Positions 1 through 9,866 are shown, numbered from the stretch's first letter. The stretch: DNA of 64,000 bases from an uncultured Gammaproteobacteria bacterium (GCA_964439885.1 CAYTPE010000001.1:9031-73030), one strand, 5' to 3'. Notes: generated by a model not told the origin, from the sequence alone. Numbers and translations are program-made.

Positions 1-35
1 TTGGAGTCGAACTGCTCGAAGAGAGTATCGCCCAG

Positions 36-461
36 ATGAAGGCAAAGCCCTGCGACTTTCTAGCTGTACCCGAAGGCATTGCCTGCGGCGGAGCGGAATT
101 TTGTTTTAGTGTGGAGGCGCTCAACAAAGTATGTGATATGAAAGATACGAGCGACACCGAAATGATGTGGGTATACTTTACCAAGACCGGAAAATTTAAC
201 GTCCGCGATCAAGACATTCCCGACCGACGTTACTATTCAAACACGGTTCGCATGACGCTCGATTATATCGAAGACTTTAATTTTTTCGCGCGGGTATTTG
301 ACGAGTTTAACACCGATACGAACACTATTCCACTGCTCGACATCATGGCACTGCTCGAAAAGAAACCAGAAATCGCCGCTATTAACTATTTCCGTCAGCA
401 AGAATTTTTAGATAATCAAAAACGCAAAACCAAAATTGTGTTAAAATCTAACCCTGTTTAA
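36..461 (+). CDS. hypothetical protein, possibly 5'-truncated at the window edge
   Basis: 141-aa ORF from the six-frame track. The reading frame stays open back to nt 3, so the true start may lie upstream of the window. No recognisable motifs. Confidence 0.4.
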   Translation: MKAKPCDFLAVPEGIACGGAEFCFSVEALNKVCDMKDTSDTEMMWVYFTKTGKFNVRDQDIPDRRYYSNTVRMTLDYIEDFNFFARVFDEFNTDTNTIPLLDIMALLEKKPEIAAINYFRQQEFLDNQKRKTKIVLKSNPV

Positions 462-462
462 T

Positions 463-1713
463 ATGTCCAATCAAAGTCGCAAATGGCGCTATAGCGGTAA
501 CGAGTTGCAATATGTACAGGAAGTGCTGGATTCCGGATTTGCCGCCGCAACCAGCGGAAACAAAAATAAACAATTCGAAGACATGTTTGCCGAGCGCTTG
601 GGTGTAAAGTACGCGATTACACTTAATTCAGGTACGTCGACTCTCCACACCGCTCTCGCGGCTTTTGGTGTTGGTATGGGGGATGAAGTGATCATCCCTG
701 CCCTCACGGTAGTGATGTGCGCGTACGCTGTTTTTTATGCTAACGCCACTCCGGTTTTTGCCGATGTTGACCCGAATACTTTTCTGATCGATCCGGCCGA
801 TATTGAACGCAAAATTACCCCACGTACCAAAGCAATCATGCCGGTGCATCTGTATGGCCAGGTATGCGACATGGACGCGATTATGGCCATTGCCAAAAAA
901 CATAATCTTAAAGTAATAGAAGACAGTGCCGAATGTATGCTCGGTCTCGATAGTCACGGTCGTATCGGTGGCACCATTGGGGACGCCGGTAGTTTCTCGT
1001 TTGAAAATTCCAAACACTTAGCGGTAGGTGATGGTGGTATGCTTGTTACCAATGATGAAGCACTCGCCGAAAAAATGCGTAAATTTGCTGGTATGGGCTT
1101 TAAAAATATCAAAGCGAGCACTGGGCAAGTGCGCAAGAATAAAGACACCTTTCAAAATCCGGCGTACTTGCGCCACGATGCAGTGGGTTGGAATTATCGC
1201 ATGACCGAAGTGGCAGCCGCGGTTGGTATTGGTCAACTCGAACGCATCAACGAATTGGTGGGTCGTCGTAAAGATGTGGGCAATCGCTTAGTACAAGTTA
1301 TTAAAGATGCTCAGTGCGATTGGCTTGCGTATCAACACACACCAGCTGGTTACGAAAATTCTTACTGGACGCTGGCGGTGCGATACGACGGGCAAGAAAA
1401 AATCGGTGTTTCATGGGAAGATTTTCGTAAGAAATTTATGGAGTTTGGTGGTGATGGTATTTATTCGGCTTGGGCACTAGTCTACAACGAGCCCGCAGTG
1501 CAGATGGTAAGTAAGGAAGGAAAATTTTTTACAGATCTACCCGCCCGAGCTGAATTTTTGAAAGGCATATGCGATAATGTGCAGTGCCCCAAAGCAGATG
1601 TATTGCAGCCAAAAATGATGCACTTCCCAACTAATCAGGGCAGCGAAGAAGAGATTGTTGGGCAGGAAAAAGCTCTCAAAGAAACAATTAGCTTCTTTAG
1701 TCGCGCTGTATGA
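463..1713 (+). CDS. DegT/DnrJ/EryC1/StrS-family PLP-dependent sugar aminotransferase
   Basis: 416-aa ORF. Family-typical motifs are NSGTSTLHTALAAFG...DEVIIPALTVV and the PLP-lysine context GDAGSFSFENSKHLAVGDGGML. It ends with TGA, overlapping the next ATG (ATGA). Confidence 0.85.
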   Translation: MSNQSRKWRYSGNELQYVQEVLDSGFAAATSGNKNKQFEDMFAERLGVKYAITLNSGTSTLHTALAAFGVGMGDEVIIPALTVVMCAYAVFYANATPVFADVDPNTFLIDPADIERKITPRTKAIMPVHLYGQVCDMDAIMAIAKKHNLKVIEDSAECMLGLDSHGRIGGTIGDAGSFSFENSKHLAVGDGGMLVTNDEALAEKMRKFAGMGFKNIKASTGQVRKNKDTFQNPAYLRHDAVGWNYRMTEVAAAVGIGQLERINELVGRRKDVGNRLVQVIKDAQCDWLAYQHTPAGYENSYWTLAVRYDGQEKIGVSWEDFRKKFMEFGGDGIYSAWALVYNEPAVQMVSKEGKFFTDLPARAEFLKGICDNVQCPKADVLQPKMMHFPTNQGSEEEIVGQEKALKETISFFSRAV

Positions 1714-2513
1714 AGCAAACATTTTTCGATTTAACCAAAAAAGTAGTCCTCCTTACCGGAGGGCTTGGTTTTTTGGGAAAACATTTTGCGCGCTATTTGG
1801 TTACCTATGGTGCCACCGTGCTTATTCTTGACGTGCCAGATTACAAAACAGCAAAAACAATAATGCAGACATTTTTTACCCCGGCCGAAAAAAAACGCAT
1901 TACCTATTTTCAGGCGGATATAACGAACAAAGCTGAGTTGGTAACGCTTCACAAAATTATTATCAAGCGTTACAAAAAAATTGATGTATTAATAAACAAT
2001 GCGGCTCTGAACCCGGCGGTGCGAAAAAATCAAGCGCCCGAAGACGATAGTTTTGAGAATTTTAATTTGGATAAATGGCAGAAAATGTTTGATGTTAACG
2101 TGACTGGCACCATGTTGTGCTGCCAAGTTTTTGGCTCCGCCATGCACCCTGGTGGCTCCATTATTAATCTTGCTTCCCTATATGGAATTCAGGCGCCGGA
2201 TCAACGAATTTATAAAAAAGGTTTTACCAAACCGGTGTCGTATTCAGTCACTAAAGGCGGCGTTGTTATGCTCACGCGTTATTTGGCGGCCTACTGGGGT
2301 CCAAAAGGAATCCGCGTGAATAGTTTATCGCCGGGTGGTATTGAAGCGGATCAAGATAAGGATTTTGTCGAAAAATTTTCTTTTAGAACTCCACTAGGCA
2401 GAATGGGCAAGGTGGAGGAGCTTGGGGGGATGCTTGTCTACTTAGCGTCCGACAGTTCATCGTATACCACCGGTGCCAATATGATTATTGATGGGGGTAT
2501 TACAGTTTGGTAA
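1710..2513 (+). CDS. short-chain dehydrogenase/reductase (SDR) family oxidoreductase
   Basis: 267 aa. N-terminal TGGLGFLGKHFARYL (TGxxxGxG Rossmann) and the catalytic YxxxK in SYSVTKGGVVMLTRYLA. Confidence 0.8.
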   Translation: MKQTFFDLTKKVVLLTGGLGFLGKHFARYLVTYGATVLILDVPDYKTAKTIMQTFFTPAEKKRITYFQADITNKAELVTLHKIIIKRYKKIDVLINNAALNPAVRKNQAPEDDSFENFNLDKWQKMFDVNVTGTMLCCQVFGSAMHPGGSIINLASLYGIQAPDQRIYKKGFTKPVSYSVTKGGVVMLTRYLAAYWGPKGIRVNSLSPGGIEADQDKDFVEKFSFRTPLGRMGKVEELGGMLVYLASDSSSYTTGANMIIDGGITVW

Positions 2514-2536
2514 CCCTCTACTAATATTTATTCAAT

Positions 2537-4780
2537 ATGGTCATCGACCGCGCTCTCGACCCACTTATTATCAAAGAGTACGAAAGTATCAAAACCGCTC
2601 TGGTGAAGATTGATAAAAATCAACAGCAGGTTATTTTGGTTGTTTCCGAAGAAGGAGTGCTTTTGGGCATTGCCACCGATGGCGATATTCGCCGCTGGCT
2701 TATTAAACAGCCTGAAGTTGATTTGAACAAACCGATCAAGAGCGTCATGAAAGTTGATTTTATAAGCGTGCACGAGCAAACTGATACCGCTCGGGTTGAG
2801 CAGTTTTTTTCCAATGAAATTAAATTCATTCCTCTGCTTGACGACATGGGAAGACTGGTGGGAATAGCGCGGCCGTCATCAGACACATTTTTGATGGGTA
2901 ATCGTAAGATCGGTGTTGGTCAACCCGCCTTTATAATCGCGGAAATTGGAAATAATCATAATGGCAGCATCGAGCTTGCCAAGAAGCTTGTGGATCTGGC
3001 AGCCGAAGCTGGGGCTGATTGTGTTAAATTCCAAATGCGCGATCTCGGTTCACTCTACTCCAACCGCGGTAAAGCAGGCGATAAACGAGAAGATCTTGGT
3101 TCGCAGTATACATTGGATTTGCTCAATAAGTTCAATTTAACCCCCGAACAAATGTTTGAGGTGTTCGACTATTGTAAGAGTCGAAATATTTTGGCCTTCT
3201 GCACGCCGTGGGATTTGCAAAGTTTAGAGCACCTCAAACGTTATGGCATGCCCGGCTTCAAAATTGCTTCCGCCGACCTTACGAATCATGAACTGCTCAC
3301 CGCCGCGGCCAAAATCGGCAAACCACTCATCTGTTCGTCCGGCATGACCACCGAGAGCGAAATTCGAGCGGCAGTAAAAGTGCTCAGTGGCACCGGCGTG
3401 CCGTTTGCATTGTTACACTGCAATTCCACCTACCCAGCACCATTTAGCGATATCAATTTACGCTACATGCCCATGCTCAAAGAGATTGCCCACTGTCCGG
3501 TGGGGTATTCAGGGCATGAGCGCGGTATTAATGTCGCTGTCGCCGCCGTTGCGCTCGGCGCCAATATTATTGAGAAACATTTTACCATCGATCGAGCCAT
3601 GGAAGGCAATGATCATCGCGTTAGCCTTTTACCGGATGAATTCAAAAAGATGGTCGAAGGCATCCGCGAAGTAGAGCTTGCGCTCGGGAGTGGACAGAAA
3701 ACCGTACTCTCTCAGGGTGAGCTTATGAATCGTGAGGTGCTCGGTAAAAGCGTGGTTGTATCAAGAGCCGTATCCAAGGGCACCACTTTTACTCCCGACA
3801 TGCTCGATATAAAAAGCCCGGGCAAGGGTCTGCCCGCTTATCGAAAGGGTGATGTGATCGGCAAAATAGCGAATCGCGACTTTGCTCCTGGCGATTTTAT
3901 TTTTCCAAGCGATCTGAGCGAAGGTGGTACGAGCGAAACCACTTTTCGTTTTAAGCGTCGATGGGGTATTCCGGTTCGCTACCATGATTTTAAACAAATG
4001 CTCACGAAGGCTAATCCGGAATTGATTGAATTTCACTTAAGTTACAAAGATATCGAAGAAGACGCGCATCAGTTTTTCGACAAACCACTGAATATGCACT
4101 ACGTGGTGCATGCGCCCGAACTGTTTGCCGGCGACCATATTTTGGATCTTGCGTCGAGTGACGAATCGTACCGCCAGGCTTCGATTGCGAACATGCAACG
4201 AATAGTCGATATTACCCGCAGCCTCAAAACATATTTTACTACCGAACGACCCCTTATTGTCGCAAATGTGGGAGGCTTTACGGCCGATAAAAATATGCCA
4301 GTTGCCGAAAGAGCCGAGCGTTACAAACGAGTGGCCGAAAGTCTTCGTAAAGTTGATTCTGCGGGAGTGGAGATTATACCGCAGACTATGCCACCATTCC
4401 CATGGCATTTTGGTGGGCAGCGCTTCCATAATTTATTTGTCGACCCTGATGAGATTGTGGAATTTTGTAAAACATATGGTTATCGCGTGTGCCTTGATAT
4501 CGCGCACTCCAAACTCGCCTGCAACCACTATAAATGGTCATTCCGAGAATTTGTGGAAAAGGTCGGTCCCTACACCGCCCATTATCATATTTCAGACGCT
4601 CTTGGCGCCGATGGCGAAGGGCTGCAGATACACGATGGCGAAATTGATTTTAAAGCATTGTCCGATATTATGAATCACGTTTCCCCAGAGGCTTCCTTTA
4701 TTCCCGAAATTTGGCAAGGTCATAAAGACAGTGGAAGCGGCTTTTGGACCGCGCTTTCGCGTCTGCAAAAATGGTTTTAA
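2537..4780 (+). CDS. multidomain nonulosonic-acid (NeuB-like) synthase: CBS pair + NeuB sialic-acid-synthase domain + SAF domain + C-terminal xylose-isomerase-like TIM barrel
   Basis: 747 aa. CBS-like segments (VILVVSEEGVLLGIATDGDIRRWL), NeuB signature GVGQPAFIIAEIGNNHNGSIELAKKLVDLAAEAGADCVKFQ, a SAF-like segment (TFTPDMLDIKSPGKGLPAY...GDVIGKIA), then about 280 aa resembling a sugar-phosphate isomerase/epimerase TIM barrel (IEFHLSY...MHYVVHAPELFAGDHILDLAS). Confidence 0.75.
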   Translation: MVIDRALDPLIIKEYESIKTALVKIDKNQQQVILVVSEEGVLLGIATDGDIRRWLIKQPEVDLNKPIKSVMKVDFISVHEQTDTARVEQFFSNEIKFIPLLDDMGRLVGIARPSSDTFLMGNRKIGVGQPAFIIAEIGNNHNGSIELAKKLVDLAAEAGADCVKFQMRDLGSLYSNRGKAGDKREDLGSQYTLDLLNKFNLTPEQMFEVFDYCKSRNILAFCTPWDLQSLEHLKRYGMPGFKIASADLTNHELLTAAAKIGKPLICSSGMTTESEIRAAVKVLSGTGVPFALLHCNSTYPAPFSDINLRYMPMLKEIAHCPVGYSGHERGINVAVAAVALGANIIEKHFTIDRAMEGNDHRVSLLPDEFKKMVEGIREVELALGSGQKTVLSQGELMNREVLGKSVVVSRAVSKGTTFTPDMLDIKSPGKGLPAYRKGDVIGKIANRDFAPGDFIFPSDLSEGGTSETTFRFKRRWGIPVRYHDFKQMLTKANPELIEFHLSYKDIEEDAHQFFDKPLNMHYVVHAPELFAGDHILDLASSDESYRQASIANMQRIVDITRSLKTYFTTERPLIVANVGGFTADKNMPVAERAERYKRVAESLRKVDSAGVEIIPQTMPPFPWHFGGQRFHNLFVDPDEIVEFCKTYGYRVCLDIAHSKLACNHYKWSFREFVEKVGPYTAHYHISDALGADGEGLQIHDGEIDFKALSDIMNHVSPEASFIPEIWQGHKDSGSGFWTALSRLQKWF

Positions 4781-4783
4781 CCT

Positions 4784-5638
4784 ATGGTACAGTGCTACTT
4801 GTGTCACAATAAAAAATTAGTTTTGAGAAACGATTCCACGCGCGATCGACCGGAAATAAAGGTTCTCCATTGCCCGGCGTGCGATCTCACGTTTCTTGCT
4901 TCGTTCAAACATTTGAACGATTTTTCGTATAACGACAGTAAGCACAACTACGATAAACCAATACCGAGCAAGGAGGCTTATACCATGTTACTCAAGGAGC
5001 TGTCCGGTGACGATCTCAGACGTGTTGAGCAACACAAAAAAATGATCACCGGCAAGCGCTTGTTGGATTTTGGGTGTGGCGCTGGTGGGTTTTTACTACA
5101 AGCTAAAAAGCATGCCAAAGAAGCATACGGCGTCGAGATTGATTCAATTACGCGGTTCTATAATAAAAAAGTCTCGGTAAAAAAATCCATCGAGGAATTC
5201 AACATGCAATTTGACGTTATCACACTCTTCCATGTTATCGAACATATACCGGATCCGATTGCACTACTCACCATGTTAAAAAAATTTCTTCGTCCCGGCG
5301 GTACCATTATTATCGAAGTGCCGAACGATCATGATGCGCTTATCTCGTATTACCAATTGCCTGCCTTTAAGAATTTTACCTATTGGAGCCTACATCTGTT
5401 TTCGTTTTCGCCCCAAAGCATTACCAGGCTTTTCCGCAACGCTGGGTATAAGCGCAGTCAGGTAACCTTTTTTCAGCGCTACTCATTTGCCAATCACATT
5501 GGGTGGCTTAAAGACGGCAAACCAGGTGGGCAGAACCGCTATCCAGAGATGGATACCCAAAAATTGAACGCCGCGTATGTCGCGCATTTGAAAAAAAACG
5601 GTCTGTGCGACACGCTGATTGCTTATTTAAAAAAGTAG
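4784..5638 (+). CDS. class I SAM-dependent methyltransferase with N-terminal C4 zinc ribbon
   Basis: 284 aa. N-terminal CYLCHNKK...CPACDL zinc ribbon, then methyltransferase motif I LLDFGCGAGGFLLQ...YGVEID. This architecture is typical of methyltransferases in sugar-modification clusters. Confidence 0.75.
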   Translation: MVQCYLCHNKKLVLRNDSTRDRPEIKVLHCPACDLTFLASFKHLNDFSYNDSKHNYDKPIPSKEAYTMLLKELSGDDLRRVEQHKKMITGKRLLDFGCGAGGFLLQAKKHAKEAYGVEIDSITRFYNKKVSVKKSIEEFNMQFDVITLFHVIEHIPDPIALLTMLKKFLRPGGTIIIEVPNDHDALISYYQLPAFKNFTYWSLHLFSFSPQSITRLFRNAGYKRSQVTFFQRYSFANHIGWLKDGKPGGQNRYPEMDTQKLNAAYVAHLKKNGLCDTLIAYLKK

Positions 5639-5641
5639 TGT

Positions 5642-7042
5642 ATGAAAGTACTTTATATTGGCGGTGGCTTTGTGGGAGCCTGTAGCGCCGCAGTTTCTGC
5701 CGACAGTGGCCACGAGACGATGGTATACGATATCGACCAACACAAAACAGCCTTGCTTTCGTCGGGCGATCGGACGCGCATTGAATCATGTCTTTTTGAA
5801 AAAGGATTGGGAGATTTACTGGTGCGTAACGCCGACCGAATTACTTTTACCAGTGACTATGCTGATGTGGAAGCTTTTTTAGATACCTGTGAGGTTGTAT
5901 TCATGTGTGTGCCCACTCCCGAAATCGATGAGACGGGCGAAAGTGACCTGTCGTATTATAATGCAGCCACGGAAAAACTTTCTACTTGTTTAGTAAAGCG
6001 CAACAGTGGCTCTCAAAGCAATTACATTGTCGTCGTTAATAAGAGTACCGTTCCTATTGATACGGTGAGCCGAACCGAGCAGATGCTGGCTGAGCGTGGT
6101 GTCAAAAATGTGGGCGTGGTTTCTAACCCGGAATTTTTGGTTGAGGGCAAAGCCGTGCAAGATTCCCTCAAACCGGATCGGATAGTGGTCGGCGCGCGCA
6201 CTGAGCGTGACTTTGAGGTTATGCGCCGTTTGTATCAGCGGTTTTACGATTCTCCCACGGTGCAATATTTACAAGTAAGCCCGGAAGAAGGTGCCGCCAG
6301 TAAATTGTTAGCAAATTATTATCTCTTCAATCGCTTGGCTGTTTGTTTCGATGTGATTGGCAGAACCTGTGAAGCTTTTCCTGGCCTAAAATTCGAAAAT
6401 ATTCGTCGCGTGCTTACCACCGATAAAAGAATCGGCGAGTGGGGTTTTTACGATAGTCTGTATGCCGGTGGAAGCTGTTTTATCAAAGATACTCGCTCGC
6501 TTGCGCACCAACTGCAGTCCGTTGGCTATGATGCGCCGCTCGTACGCGAAACACATGCCGCCAATCGTCGCCAACTGATGTCCTTTTTGAATCGCGCCGA
6601 GCGCGAGGCGCAGTACCAGTGGGTGGGAAAAAAGGTGGCGCTCCTCGGCGTTGCTTTTAAACGAGACACTAACGATGTCCGCAATTCACCAAGCAGTGAT
6701 ATCGTCCGCTTTCTCCATGATAAAAAAGTGGGGAACATTACCGTGTACGATCCGGCAGCGATGGATACTTTTAAAAAAACGATTTCCGCGGATTTAACAC
6801 TTCACTACGCACAAAATGAAAGTGAGGCTATACACGACGCCGATGTCATTATCGTGGCTACCGATTGGCCACAATTTCGTGGTGTCGCCGACCAGCTGGT
6901 AATGCAAATGAATAGCACACATACGAATAAGCCTGAGTTGATTATGGATTGTCGCCGCATGTTCCAACATCGCTATGACGATTTGCAAAAAAGCGGCTGC
7001 GCTATTATCGCGGTTGGTTCGCCGCTTATCTCACCTCAATAA
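5642..7042 (+). CDS. nucleotide-sugar dehydrogenase (UDP-glucose/GDP-mannose dehydrogenase family)
   Basis: 466 aa. N-terminal NAD-binding segment MKVLYIGGGFVGACSAA and the catalytic-cysteine motif GGSCFIKD. Confidence 0.8.
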   Translation: MKVLYIGGGFVGACSAAVSADSGHETMVYDIDQHKTALLSSGDRTRIESCLFEKGLGDLLVRNADRITFTSDYADVEAFLDTCEVVFMCVPTPEIDETGESDLSYYNAATEKLSTCLVKRNSGSQSNYIVVVNKSTVPIDTVSRTEQMLAERGVKNVGVVSNPEFLVEGKAVQDSLKPDRIVVGARTERDFEVMRRLYQRFYDSPTVQYLQVSPEEGAASKLLANYYLFNRLAVCFDVIGRTCEAFPGLKFENIRRVLTTDKRIGEWGFYDSLYAGGSCFIKDTRSLAHQLQSVGYDAPLVRETHAANRRQLMSFLNRAEREAQYQWVGKKVALLGVAFKRDTNDVRNSPSSDIVRFLHDKKVGNITVYDPAAMDTFKKTISADLTLHYAQNESEAIHDADVIIVATDWPQFRGVADQLVMQMNSTHTNKPELIMDCRRMFQHRYDDLQKSGCAIIAVGSPLISPQ

Positions 7043-7046
7043 TTGT

Positions 7047-8378
7047 ATGGTTTCTTTTGCAGAATTACAATCCAAACGTCAGTCAATCGTGGTTGTCGGG
7101 CTGGGATATGTCGGGCTGCCTCTCGCCATCGCACTTGCCAGACATTTCAAGGTGATTGGTTTTGATGTTAAAGAAAATAGGATTACCGAACTTCAAGCGC
7201 ACTACGACCGAACGAGAGAAGTCACTGCTGACGATCTAATGAGCAGCACAATGGAGTTTGTGAGCGATCCGGTTGAGGTACGGAAAAAGCTGTGCGGTGA
7301 GTCGGCGTTTATTATTGTGGCGGTACCAACTCCTGTAAACCAAAAAAACGAACCAGATCTTACACTTGTAGAAAAAGCGTCAGCGATGGTAGGAAAAGAT
7401 TTTCTTTCCCCCGGCAGCGTGGTAGTGTATGAATCCACTGTCTACCCGGGAGTCACCGAAGACATCTGCATTCCAATTCTTGAAGAAAAATCACAAACTA
7501 AACGTGGTATTGATTTTAAGGTCGGTTATTCGCCGGAGCGTATTAACCCGGGCGATCACGAGCACACTATCAACAAAGTCACTAAAATCGTTTCCGGCAT
7601 GGATGCTGAATCCCTCGACGTAATTGCCGCGGTGTATGGGAGTATTACCACTGTTTTTAAAGCCTCATCCATCAAAGTAGCCGAAGCGGCCAAGGTTATC
7701 GAAAATACCCAGCGCGATATCAATATTGCCCTGATGAATGAACTGGCAGTTATCTTTAGCAAGATGGGCATTTCCACGTACGATGTTCTGGCGGCCGCCG
7801 GTACCAAATGGAATTTTCTCAAATTTACACCTGGCCTCGTTGGGGGCCACTGTATCGGGGTGGATCCGTATTACCTCACACACCGCGCCGAGCAGCTCGG
7901 CTACACGCCAGAAGTCATTTTGTCGGGACGCAAAATCAATGATGGAATGGGGGAGTGGATCGTGGAGCAGGTAGTGCAGCGAAGTAAAAAGCTGGGTAAA
8001 GATATTACCAAGTGTAATGTACTTGTTTGCGGCATGACATTTAAAGAAAACGTCCCCGATGTACGCAATTCCAAAGTATGGGATATTATCCAAGCGCTTA
8101 AAAAGCGTGGCGCCCAGCCTACCGTGTATGATCCGATTGCCTATAAAGACGAAGTCGAGTATGAATATGATTTTAAGCTTGCCGAAACGGAGGCGCTTTC
8201 CCGTGGTAAAAATTATGACATTATTATAGTAGCAGTAGCCCACCGGGAATTTGTGAATATGACGTCAGAAGCTTGGCAAAAAATAGCGTCTTCGAACCAA
8301 CCAATGGTTGTTGATGTAAAAGGAGTTCTAAATAAAGCCGAACTTGAACGAGTTGGATTTTCTTATTGGACTTTATAA
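7047..8378 (+). CDS. nucleotide-sugar dehydrogenase (UDP-N-acetyl-mannosamine/glucosamine dehydrogenase-like)
   Basis: The ORF track starts at 6975, but an in-frame ATG at 7047 follows the upstream stop at 7042. IVVVGLGYVGLPLAIALA Rossmann segment and the catalytic-Cys motif LVGGHCIGVDPYYL. Confidence 0.8.
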   Translation: MVSFAELQSKRQSIVVVGLGYVGLPLAIALARHFKVIGFDVKENRITELQAHYDRTREVTADDLMSSTMEFVSDPVEVRKKLCGESAFIIVAVPTPVNQKNEPDLTLVEKASAMVGKDFLSPGSVVVYESTVYPGVTEDICIPILEEKSQTKRGIDFKVGYSPERINPGDHEHTINKVTKIVSGMDAESLDVIAAVYGSITTVFKASSIKVAEAAKVIENTQRDINIALMNELAVIFSKMGISTYDVLAAAGTKWNFLKFTPGLVGGHCIGVDPYYLTHRAEQLGYTPEVILSGRKINDGMGEWIVEQVVQRSKKLGKDITKCNVLVCGMTFKENVPDVRNSKVWDIIQALKKRGAQPTVYDPIAYKDEVEYEYDFKLAETEALSRGKNYDIIIVAVAHREFVNMTSEAWQKIASSNQPMVVDVKGVLNKAELERVGFSYWTL

Positions 8379-8418
8379 TCTTCTAATCTTTCAGTCTTTT
8401 AGTCTTCAGTCTTTCACT

Positions 8419-9333
8419 ATGTCTCATTATCTCGTCACTGGCGGTGCTGGCTTCATCGGTACTAACCTCGTTAAACGCTTGCTCGCCGATGGTCATACCG
8501 TAAAAGTCTATGACAATTACGCTGCCGGGAAAAAACCGGAGCGTATACAAAGTGGCGCCGAGTATATCGAAGGCGACATTCGTGATCTGGAAAGTCTGAA
8601 AAAAGCGTGTGCGGGCGTGGATGGCATTTTTCACTTAGCGGCGCTGCCGCGAGTTCTTTTCTCCGTCGAAAATCCGCTGCTCACACACGACGTGAACGTG
8701 AACGGCACACTCAATGTGCTTCTTGCCGCCCGTGATATGAAAGTGAAGCGTGTTGTTTTTTCCACTTCGTCGGCCGCGTATGGCGACCAGACGGTATATC
8801 CGCTTCCAGAAGATACGGTGATCAAGAAACCGGTCAGCCCGTACGGCTTCCATAAACTGGTTGGCGAAGAATATTGCCGACTATTCAGTCTGTTGTATGG
8901 AGTTGAAACCGTATCGCTCTGTTACTTCAATATTTACGGTCCCTATTTTGACCCCGAAGGCGCATACGCGCTCGTAATCGGTCGATTCCTCAAGCTCCGC
9001 AGCGAAGGTAAGCCCATGACCGTGCGTGGTGATGGTGAAATGTATCGCGACTATACGCACGTATTCGACGCGGTTGAAGCGAATATACTTGCTATGACAA
9101 AAGAGACGGTGGGCAAGGGCGAGGTGCTTAATATCGGCTACGGCGAACCGCATTCCGTAAACGAACTGGTGCAACTCATCGGTGGGGCAGCCGAATATGT
9201 TCCGGCTCTTCCTGGTGAAATGAAATTTACTCACGCTGATAACAGCAAGGCGCGTCGATTGCTTGGGTGGCAGCCCACCATCGCGCTTGCGGACGGTATT
9301 GCTATGCTCAAAAAAGAATGGGGATTAGAGTAG
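8419..9333 (+). CDS. NAD-dependent epimerase/dehydratase (UDP-sugar 4-epimerase-like)
   Basis: Start taken at the internal ATG 8419 (MSHYLVTGGAGFIGTNLVKRL), 40 nt after the upstream stop. GxxGxxG Rossmann motif and YxxxK (PYGFHKLVGE). Confidence 0.8.
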   Translation: MSHYLVTGGAGFIGTNLVKRLLADGHTVKVYDNYAAGKKPERIQSGAEYIEGDIRDLESLKKACAGVDGIFHLAALPRVLFSVENPLLTHDVNVNGTLNVLLAARDMKVKRVVFSTSSAAYGDQTVYPLPEDTVIKKPVSPYGFHKLVGEEYCRLFSLLYGVETVSLCYFNIYGPYFDPEGAYALVIGRFLKLRSEGKPMTVRGDGEMYRDYTHVFDAVEANILAMTKETVGKGEVLNIGYGEPHSVNELVQLIGGAAEYVPALPGEMKFTHADNSKARRLLGWQPTIALADGIAMLKKEWGLE

Positions 9334-9379
9334 AAAGTCATTGAAAAATTATTAAGAGATTATTAAAAAGTTATTATAC

Positions 9380-9416
9380 AAAAAACCCGGCTTTTCAAGC
9401 CGGGTTTAATTTTTTC
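9380..9416. terminator. bidirectional rho-independent terminator between the convergent epimerase and rpmA genes
   Basis: AAAAAACCCGGCTTTTCAAGCCGGGTTTAATTTTTT: a GC stem with an A-tract on one side and a T-tract on the other. Confidence 0.55.
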
Positions 9417-9420
9417 AGAT

Positions 9421-9699
9421 TTATGCGGTCACAACATGGACAAAACGGGCATCTTTGAGTTTGCCGTCGAAACGCATGCGTTTGGCTTCGGTAAATTTAA
9501 CCTTACCGTTTTCCATGGCAAACAAAGTATCATCTTTGGCGCGTTTCACGTTGGTGCCTGGGTGAATGCGGGTACCGCGCTGGCGAACCAAAATCATACC
9601 TTTTTTAACGGTCTGACCGCTGAAAAGTTTGATACCAAGACGTTGTGAATTTGACTCTCGCCCGTTACGTGATGAACCGGCGGCTTTCTTATGTGACAT
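9421..9699 (-). CDS. rpmA: 50S ribosomal protein L27
   Basis: 92 aa, [29 protein letters not shown]...; matches the L27 consensus (AHKKGGGSTRNGRDS..KRLGVK..G). Confidence 0.9.
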   Translation of the reverse strand: MSHKKAAGSSRNGRESNSQRLGIKLFSGQTVKKGMILVRQRGTRIHPGTNVKRAKDDTLFAMENGKVKFTEAKRMRFDGKLKDARFVHVVTA

Positions 9700-9804
9700 A
9701 TGAATTTACTTTCGCAAGGAAATTCACTTCGTAGCGACTCGCCGCGGCGAGGAGCGTAGAAGGTCCTTATATATGAATGATATGGTGTGTAAATGGTAGC
9801 CACA

Positions 9805-9833
9805 TTATATGCTAAAATCTTATTCTTGTCAAG
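9805..9833 (-). promoter_or_regulatory. consensus sigma70-type promoter for rpmA (TTGACA-17-TATAAT on the minus strand)
   Basis: The reverse complement of 9805-9833 reads TTGACAagaataagattttagcaTATAAT, about 100 nt upstream of the rpmA start. It overlaps a possible divergent plus-strand promoter (TTGTCA 9827-9832, TAAAAT 9850-9855). Confidence 0.45.
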
Positions 9834-9866
9834 CTTGGCTGTTGATGATAAAATTAAGCCATATTT

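Noticed and set aside
6975-7046. Upstream start for the second sugar dehydrogenase (ORF track 6975)
   Set aside because: It overlaps the C-terminus of the first dehydrogenase. The ATG at 7047 sits 5 nt after its stop and places the GxGYVG Rossmann motif at the usual N-terminal position.
9436-9648. 70-aa + strand ORF opposite rpmA
   Set aside because: It is antisense to the highly conserved L27 coding sequence and has no support.
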